Source: Eledone cirrhosa (Eukaryota). Taken from it: DNA of 64,000 nucleotides. The notes under the pieces are model-generated. The model made no database searches. It saw nothing but the letters and a program-made list of their open reading frames with translations, and had not been told where the DNA came from. Positions 58,241 to 64,000 of this stretch are shown here, one piece after another. Where the stretch lies: NCBI GenBank assembly GCA_964016885.1, contig OZ024749.1, forward strand, positions 33,666,001 to 33,730,000. The letters are read 5' to 3'. Within the stretch, counting starts at the first letter, position 1; every line of letters starts with the position of its first letter. The position numbers and the translations under genes were made by a program.

Positions 58241-58899
58241 GATTAAGGTAACATCGATATTTACAATAAGCTTTCAAGTAGATCTAATAACATGGCATTA
58301 CACTTTGTCAAGAGATAAATAACGTTAATGTGAAGAGAAGTTAAGTGTTACGGGTGGGTTAAATGAGATCGGGTGGGGCTGAGTGTGAAACAGAAACGAC
58401 GTCGGTGTGAAACGAGTTTGGAGAATCGGGGTAAATGGGTTTACTTTACTTTTATAGTATTCAATTAGAGAAATTATTTCAAGACAGCTCCTGATTATAT
58501 TATTTTTGTTGTTGTTGTTGTTGTTTTGTTTCGTTTTCTTTGTTTGTTTGTTTGTTTATGTTAGTTGTGTTGTTTTGTGTTGTTTTGTGTTGTGTTTTCT
58601 TTTTGTTTCCATTTTTCGTTCATTTTTGTTATCTTGGCGATGATAAAATATCAGATGAGAAAGTAACTCTTCTTGACGATAAAAAAAAAGCCCACAAAAC
58701 AGAAAAACCTCGAATATTTTCACCGGGGCATGCATCAAGATTCTCCCCTCCCCTCTCACACTACCTCTCACACCACCTAACCCCTCCCTCTCCTCTCACA
58801 CTACCTCTCACACCACCTACCCCCTCCCTCTATTCCCCCCTTTCACTCTACCTGTCACACCGCCTCGCCCTCACTCACACTCTGCTTCTCCCACCACCT

Positions 58900-59390
58900 G
58901 CCCTTCACTCAGCCAATCACCCTTCCCCCTCACACCACCTACCCTTCGCTCAGCCTGTCACCCTTCCCCCTCACACCACCTACCCTTCGCTCAGCCTGTC
59001 ACCCTTCCCCTCACACCACCTACCCTTCGCTCAGCCTGTCACCCTTCCCCCTCACACCACCTACCCTTCGCTCAGCCAGTCACCCTTCCCCTCACACCAC
59101 CTACCCTTCGCTCAGCCTGTCACCCTTCCCCCTCACACCACCTACCCTTCGCTCAGCCAGTCACCCTTCCCCCTCACACCACCTACCCTTCGCTCAGCCA
59201 GTCACCCTTCCCCTCACACCACCTACCCTTCGCTCAGCCTGTCACCCTTCCCCCTCACACCACCTACCCTTCGCTCAGCCAGTCACCCTTCCCCCTCACA
59301 CCACCTACCCTTCGCTCAGCCAGTCACCCTTCCCCCTCACACCACCTACCCTTCGTTCAGCCTGTCACCTTTCCCCCTCACTCTACCTGT
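58900..59390. repeat. 40-41-bp C-rich minisatellite
   Basis: cacccttccccctcacaccacctacccttcgctcagcc(t/a)gt. Confidence 0.95.
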
Positions 59391-59877
59391 CACACCTAAA
59401 CCCCCATCACTCTACTTCTCACCCCCGATTTCATTCTACCTGTCACACTACACCACACACACAGACATAATGTACACATACACATTACGTACTATTTACC
59501 ACACACACACGCGCACACACATCCCCTCCCCCCACACACGCACATACACACTCACACATCCCCACACACCACACACACTCAATCAAACACACACACACAC
59601 ACAACCATACACACAAACATAACGTACACATACGCCCTACCTAGTATGTACCACACACGCACATACCCCCCCCCACATACACAGACGTAACGTACACATA
59701 CACCCCCCCACTTACACATACACACTCAATCAAACACACAAAAACACATACACATACACACACACAGTCACACTGGTTTTAAGAAACACTTCCATGCAAC
59801 ATTTTAAGACAAATAACAAAATAAAACGAGACAAAATATGTATGAAGATAATGGAGACGGATACATCTTAAGTATAA

Positions 59878-60053
59878 TTATTTCTACTTTTGGTACAAGG
59901 CCAGCAATTACCCAGTACATTACTGGTACTTTATTTTATCCACCCCGTAAGGATGAAAGGCAAAGTTAACCTCGGCGGGATTTGAACTCAGGATGGCAAG
60001 GGCCGTAACTCTATACGTCAAAGCATGGCGTCCGACCCTCTACCGATACTGGC
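59878..60053 (-). mobile_element. SINE S1
   Basis: S1 consensus. Confidence 0.9.
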
Positions 60054-60059
60054 AAAGGG

Positions 60060-60655
60060 AAGTGAATAGTGTATGAGTCACGATATACATGTGTGCGTAT
60101 GTATGGGGGGGGGGATATTAGGTGTAGTGTTGGCGAATCTCAGGAAGCATGGAGGTTTTAAAGGATGCAGTGTCTTGACAGCTAACAACTGATGCAGGTA
60201 GTTTGTTCCATGGAGGTTTTAAAGGATGCAGTGTCTTGACAGCTAACAACTGATGCAGGTAGTTTGTTCCATGGAGGTTTTAAAGGATGCAGTGTCTTGG
60301 CAGCTAACAACTGATGCAGGTAGTTTGTTCCATGGAGGTTTTAAAGGATGCAGTGTCTTGACAGCTAACAACTGATGCAGGTAGTTTGTTCCATGGAGGT
60401 TTTAAAGGATGCAGTGTCTTGACAGCTAACAACTGATGCAGGTAGTTTGTTCCATGCTTCAGCAAGTCTGAGCGTGAAAAAATGTTTCCGAAAGTCATGG
60501 GAACTGAGCTGTTTTCTGACTTTGTGGGCTGCCCACGTGTGTTAGACACATGGAAATCAAAAAAGGTACTCAGGGTTGTTGTTGGCAAGATGGTTAATAA
60601 TTTTGTGGGTGTTTACCAAGTCAGTTGCCAGAAGTCAGAGCTTCAATGTATCCAT
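60060..60655 (-). mobile_element. CR1-clade LINE 3' fragment with an internal 61-bp five-fold tandem amplification
   Basis: Minus strand ...SNTRG / RKHFFTLRLAEAWNKLPASVVSCQDTASFKTSM, matching the CR1 C-terminal FF..R...WN.LP..VV motif. Confidence 0.8.
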
Positions 60656-61204
60656 AGGGAAAAGAAAGTCGATTAAAATCGACACCAGTGCATTACTGGT
60701 ACTTTATTTTATCTACCCCGTAATGATGAAAGACAAAGTTAACCACAGTTAACCCCGTAATGATGAAAGACAAAGTTATACACAGCCATAAAAATGTGTA
60801 TATATATTTAAACAGATGCACACACACACTCACACACACACATACACACACACACACTCACACACACACACATATATATATATAAATGAATACCATATAT
60901 ATGCATGTATGCATGTATACATGAATATCAGGTCATAGTTTGCGAGCAGAATGACAATTACACAGAGAGAAATTTGTTTAGTTACAAATCACCAGTTTAC
61001 AAGCTTAGTGCTAAATGTACGAGCCATAAATATTCTCACTCGCAAACTCACCCCCGAAACACAAACACACACAGACTCATAGAGAAAGCTGTATATATAT
61101 ATATATATATGTATGTACATATTGTGTGTTGATAGAATCAGTTAACAGAAATGAAGCTACCCAAACGCCCCACACACGCAGACGCACCCACGTACACACC
61201 CTCA

Positions 61205-61302
<98 letters not shown>

Positions 61303-61603
61303 TTAGCAATGGTGGCAGTCATAGCATGAAGAGAGAAGCAAGATAACGAAGTACAACTAAGAAGATGTGCAAAGCAATGCAATGTGGTGTTTGTTTGAGG
61401 CTGGAATACTTCAAAGATAAGAGAAACAATAGATAAAACTGCCAAACTGCACGTCAAATGCCTTTAACGTCATCTTGTGAAGCAAGCAATTTTATTGCTT
61501 ACTAATGTGTCTTTTTCACCAACTGATTATATATATATATATGTATATATATTTATATATGTGTATGTATGTATGTAGGTATATATGTATGTATGTATAT
61601 ATG

Positions 61604-61638
<35 letters not shown>

Positions 61639-61723
61639 ATAGACATATATACATATATACATATAATTATATATATATACATATATAGACACACACAGAC
61701 ACACACACGCATATATGTGTATA

Positions 61724-61755
<32 letters not shown>

Positions 61756-61771
61756 AATATATATTTATATA

Positions 61772-61840
<69 letters not shown>

Positions 61841-62321
61841 TATTCTATTCCCAGCCTCATTATTGAGGGCTGGAGACCATCACTAATGCTACATTGGCTC
61901 CTCTCCCTCGCCCGACCGTGCACTCAGCCAGCATTCTTCCCTTTCAGACCCCGTAACATAAGACACACAAACAATTAAGCCCGGCTTTCTGAAGAGGGCC
62001 GGGGTTAAAATTAATCGCAGTTAAATAAGATACTTAGGTTACACAATACGTTAGTGTAGAATATGTATATATATAGCAATTATCCCAGTGCATTACTGGT
62101 ACTTTATTTTATCGACCCCGTAAGGATGAAAGGCAAAGTTAACGTCGGTGGGATTTAAACTCAGAATGGCAAGGGCCGTAACTCTAAGCGTCAAAGCATG
62201 GCGTCCGACCCTCTGCATACCTACATACATGCATATATATATATATATACACACACATACATACATACATACATACATACATACATGCATATATATATAT
62301 ATATATACACACATACATACA

Positions 62322-62357
<36 letters not shown>

Positions 62358-62360
62358 TAT

Positions 62361-62392
<32 letters not shown>

Positions 62393-62431
62393 GCGTCAAA
62401 GCATGGCGTCCGACCCTCTACCGATACTGCC

Positions 62432-62471
<40 letters not shown>

Positions 62472-62488
62472 ACACACACATACATACA

Positions 62489-62531
<43 letters not shown>

Positions 62532-62719
62532 CGAAGGAAATGTGGTAAGGAACCAGGTGGACCATAACGCACCAAAGTACTCAATACTTAGGGTAGTAGA
62601 GTGGGTAATAGGAACGAGTAGGACCCCGACGGCTGACCTCAAGCCGTTTCGACGGCTAATTCTGGACATGAATTAGCCGTCGAGACGGCTTGAGCTCAGC
62701 CGTCGGGGTCCTACTCGTT

Positions 62720-62792
<73 letters not shown>

Positions 62793-62793
<1 letters not shown>

Positions 62794-63388
62794 TGGTGAC
62801 TGCCAACTCGTTTTCGAGTATGGCCACTACTTTATATCCATGTAGGAGAACCCCTACCGATGCGCTGAACGAGTGTGACTTTTTAGTCCAGCCAGCGACT
62901 TTAAAACTCTGGTACTAACACTACACTTGTGACAATTATTGACACATAGTGCTGGGCCCATGGTACCATGTGATGACAAGTGTTGAGGGATTTCCAGATA
63001 TAAAGCAATGCCTGTGCCGTGAAGCTTTTGTAGTGAGCAAAGGCACTGCACAAAGTCAGTCCCACTCGCTTAACCAGTTGGTGCTACTGGTAACATGTAT
63101 CTCAGTACAACCTGTCTCATGGTCGGGTCGTTGGCGACTAAACTGGCAACCCCATCAAGGTTTCTTGGCGAGGAGGGTGACTTTGGACATTCTGCAGGAC
63201 TAAAAACAAAACCTGTTAAAGCGCAAAGGAGCTCTTAAGAGTCAATGGCCATCCAAAATCACCGGGAGAGATGACCCCTTGGCCTTTGTTAAGGCAGAAT
63301 TCTAAGAGAAGGAAAACTCTGATATAACACCTGCAACTCTGATGGTATCCAATGATGTTGACTTGTTCTTCTTTTTGGTAAATATCAT
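62793..63388 (-). mobile_element. RTE-like non-autonomous element with inverted 5' half
   Basis: 62793-63076 is colinear with 26091-26374; 63077-63388 is the reverse complement of 26377-26688. Confidence 0.85.
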
Positions 63389-63398
63389 ATATATATAT

Positions 63399-63451
<53 letters not shown>

Positions 63452-63561
63452 ATATTTTATCTTGACTCTGTATTCCGTTTATCTTTCACCGAAAGTGATT
63501 TTTCATTGCATCTCTTCTTTCCATGATATCCGGACTACATTGAGTTCTTCATACGGATTGG

Positions 63562-63608
<47 letters not shown>

Positions 63609-63610
63609 CA

Positions 63611-63729
<119 letters not shown>

Positions 63730-63732
63730 TTA

Positions 63733-63823
<91 letters not shown>

Positions 63824-63824
63824 T

Positions 63825-63888
<64 letters not shown>

Positions 63889-63893
63889 CATAC

Positions 63894-63992
<99 letters not shown>

Positions 63993-64000
63993 CATATATA

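Noticed and set aside
56775-58277. 500-aa Leu-rich ORF
   Set aside because: Stop-free frame of the 16-bp satellite.
58540-59622. 360-aa Pro/His-rich ORF
   Set aside because: Mostly minisatellite and CA repeats, with no domain or clear splice support.
62854-62960. Host C2H2 zinc-finger gene
   Set aside because: A single finger repeated in three dispersed copies at the 3' end of a retro-element.

Overview
AT-rich, microsatellite-saturated animal (non-prokaryotic) DNA, most likely intronic or intergenic sequence from a coleoid cephalopod such as Octopus. This is inferred from the SINE types and the (TA)n/(CA)n/(CATA)n density. No intact protein-coding gene is visible, and almost all supplied ORFs are simple-repeat artefacts. 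One candidate exon lies at 233-418. The rest is mobile DNA: two or three tRNA-derived SINE families, 3' fragments of R4/Dong-type, RTE and CR1 LINEs, a decayed mariner-like relic, several MITEs and many minisatellites. The main hidden structure is a set of short non-coding elements embedded in (TA)n tracts, probably Penelope-like pseudo-LTR derivatives. They share a fold-back hairpin plus one-sided tail architecture and carry type I hammerhead ribozyme motifs; about ten are recognisable, some canonical and some with variant cores. Other highlights are an 81-nt wobble-biased antisense match between the candidate exon and a site 12.6 kb downstream (possible ADAR editing or splicing duplex), a stack of LINE ends inside one (CATA)n tract, and a twin-primed inverted copy of a non-autonomous RTE. 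All structures were read by eye; no searches or folding programs were run.
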